A stretch of 28,400 bases of DNA from Rubrobacter sp. (lineage in GTDB: Bacteria; Actinomycetota; Rubrobacteria; Rubrobacterales; Rubrobacteraceae). The DNA lies in assembly GCA_013817025.1 (NCBI GenBank), contig JACDDK010000001.1, positions 1 through 28,400 on the forward strand. The letters are read 5' to 3'. The notes below the pieces were generated by a model. The model did no database searches, was not told the DNA's origin, and saw only the letters and a list, made by a program, of their open reading frames with translations. The position numbers and the translations under genes are program-made. Shown in pieces: positions 26,544 through 28,400 of the stretch (its first letter is position 1; every line of letters starts with the position of its first letter).

Positions 26544-27548
26544 TTGATCGAGGGTGTGCGGGCGTCGAGTCTTGGGACTCAACCCATCGGCGAAGTCGCA
26601 GAGATTGCCGATGGTGTTTATCAGCTAAAACTGCCCGTGCCGCTACCGCTGCGGTTCATCTCCGTCTATCTGATCGAAGGTGACGATGGCTGGACGGTCG
26701 TGGATACCGGCTTCGATTACTCACAGACTTACGAGGTGTGGGAAGCCGCCGCCGCGACGCTCGGGATCGACTTCGAGGAGGACATCCAGCGCATAGTCGT
26801 GACACACTTTCATCCCGATCACCTCGGGGCCGCCCGATGGTTGCAGGAGCGTTCCGGCGCGCCCGTGCTGATGCTGGAAGACGAGATCTCATTCTCCCGC
26901 CGCCTGTGGAACGCCGAGGATGGGCCGGAGCCGTTTATCGAGCATCTCGTCCGGCACGGAATGCCCCGCGAGACAGCCGTTGAGGCCTCGTCGGCGCTCC
27001 GCTCCGGGTTGGCGTTGCCGGAGGTCCTTACGCCGCTAAAAGCCGGGGAGAAGTTGTCGGTTGGGGGTGGTTTCGTTCGCGTCGTACACGCTCCGGGACA
27101 TGCGGACCATCAGCTCGTGTTGCACGACGAAGAGCGGAGGATACTGTACGCTGCGGATCACATCCTGCTCAAGATCACCCCGAACATCGGCCTCTGGCCC
27201 GAAAACCTACCCCACCCGCTGGCCCGCTATCTGGAGTCCCTGGAAGGTCTGCGCGGCCTGAACGTGAACCTCGTACTCCCCGGCCACGGTCCTGTCTTCC
27301 ACGACCTCGATGGCCGGATAGACGAACTGATGAACCACCACGACGAACGTCTGGAGCTAATGCGGACGGTCATCGAAGACGAACCCAAGACCGCGTTCGA
27401 GGTATCGGCTGCGGTCTTCCGCAAGGACCTCTCTATCTACGAGCTATGCTTCGCCCTGGCCGAGACGCTGGCCCACCTCGACTACCTCGAACTCACAGGC
27501 CGCGCGGAGCGAACCGAGGACGGAAAGATCTTCTTCCGAGCCGTCTAG
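26544..27548 (+). CDS. Metallo-beta-lactamase-fold hydrolase
   Basis: VVDTG, THFHPDH (HxHxDH), APGH, AADH, LPGHG; RBS GAGGAGG before TTG. Confidence 0.93.
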   Translation: MIEGVRASSLGTQPIGEVAEIADGVYQLKLPVPLPLRFISVYLIEGDDGWTVVDTGFDYSQTYEVWEAAAATLGIDFEEDIQRIVVTHFHPDHLGAARWLQERSGAPVLMLEDEISFSRRLWNAEDGPEPFIEHLVRHGMPRETAVEASSALRSGLALPEVLTPLKAGEKLSVGGGFVRVVHAPGHADHQLVLHDEERRILYAADHILLKITPNIGLWPENLPHPLARYLESLEGLRGLNVNLVLPGHGPVFHDLDGRIDELMNHHDERLELMRTVIEDEPKTAFEVSAAVFRKDLSIYELCFALAETLAHLDYLELTGRAERTEDGKIFFRAV

Positions 27549-27549
27549 C

Positions 27550-28400
27550 TCAGAGCAATAGGAACGTCAGTAGCGCCAGATACGCGGCCCCGGCCAGCAT
27601 TACGGCGAGGCCAAAGCGCCAGTTCCTCCTCGGCCCGATCTCCAGCGGGTGCAACCCCGAGAGCCGCGAGAGCATCGTGACGGCGCTAGAGAACGGCGTC
27701 AGCAAGAGCGCCGCTTGAGAACCCAACAGGATGGCCGCTGCCCAGAGCAGGGGGGTTGAGCTTCCGTCGAGTGGGAACGCGGCGTCCAGAAGCAGAACCA
27801 TCGGGATCACGTGTATGCCCGCGACGAAGCCGACGGCCATGATCGCGGCGAGAGCCGGCGCCACCAGCGGTACGGGGAGTGTCGAGAGGAAGTCGCCTAC
27901 GGGCGCGAGTGCGCCGAGCGCCTGAAGCGAGATCACCAAAATCCCGGCGGCCCCGAACAACGCGAACTCCGAATGCGAGGCCGTTAGAGCGCCGCGAGTC
28001 TCCGCCACCAGCCGCGTGAGCGGGGAGCTCCTGCGGGTTAGAGCGGTCGCGAGCAGGGCGATAAGGATCACCACTACCGCTACCGTTACCGCGATGGTCG
28101 CCGTTAAAGAGAGCGTCGGAAGTAACACGTTGACGAGCGCAACGGTGGCGACCAGTAGCACCGGATACAGCAACACCGCCGCCGCGCCCCGGTCGAGTGG
28201 TGCGTTTAATGTGTTCTCCACCTCGCCGCCCTCTCGTTGGGCCGCGAAAAGCGTAGCGCCGAGGCCGAGGAAGACGAACGGGAGTGTTACGGCTAGAAGG
28301 CCGGGGTAGGAGACGCCGGTCAGGGTGACGGTGGTGGCGGTCAGCAGGTTTAGGTTCGTCCAGAGCGGGGCGAACGAGAAGGCTCGTCCGGCCCATTTCA
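27550..28400 (-). CDS. Polytopic membrane protein, possible ion/carboxylate transporter; partial, begins beyond the window
   Basis: The frame of ORF 27550-28221 stays open to the window edge (KWAGRAFSFAPLWTNLNLL...); many TM segments. Family assignment is tentative. Confidence 0.75.
   Translation of the reverse strand, partial: KWAGRAFSFAPLWTNLNLLTATTVTLTGVSYPGLLAVTLPFVFLGLGATLFAAQREGGEVENTLNAPLDRGAAAVLLYPVLLVATVALVNVLLPTLSLTATIAVTVAVVVILIALLATALTRRSSPLTRLVAETRGALTASHSEFALFGAAGILVISLQALGALAPVGDFLSTLPVPLVAPALAAIMAVGFVAGIHVIPMVLLLDAAFPLDGSSTPLLWAAAILLGSQAALLLTPFSSAVTMLSRLSGLHPLEIGPRRNWRFGLAVMLAGAAYLALLTFLLL

Noticed and set aside
1-28400. rRNA, tRNA, CRISPR array, prophage or defence system
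   Set aside because: No cloverleaf-like or rRNA-like stretch, regularly spaced repeat-spacer array, or phage or defence hallmark protein was recognisable.

Overview
GC-rich actinobacterial DNA. A Rubrobacter-like origin is inferred from gene content and leaderless-type promoters, not from a search. From left to right the window holds: the 3' end of an IS5-family element; a membrane histidine kinase/NarL-type regulator pair; a complete IS630 element inserted in the promoter of a LMW phosphatase + fructosamine-kinase-like pair; a DUF4126-like gene; an isocitrate dehydrogenase; a Gly-rich membrane protein; a LysR regulator divergent from a 67-aa Cys-containing ORF, aceB and aceA; a small gene interrupted by an in-frame TGA; two convergent GT-C-like membrane proteins (one multiply disrupted); a small acidic CxxC protein; an APC permease-USP-ASCH unit; an MDR oxidoreductase; an acyl-CoA dehydrogenase divergent from padR-fadN-fadA-MBL hydrolase; and a partial transporter. 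The most interesting signals are the isocitrate branch-point cluster (LysR boxes, a shared 15-bp motif, an uncharacterised leader protein, no aceK or IclR), the in-frame TGA followed by a SECIS-like hairpin, and four overlapping attenuator-like hairpins. Also notable are IS630 splitting a promoter, degenerate heptamer repeats at gene ends and a local cluster of frameshifts. No rRNA, tRNA or CRISPR array was seen. All family calls come from motif recognition by eye; no database search was run.
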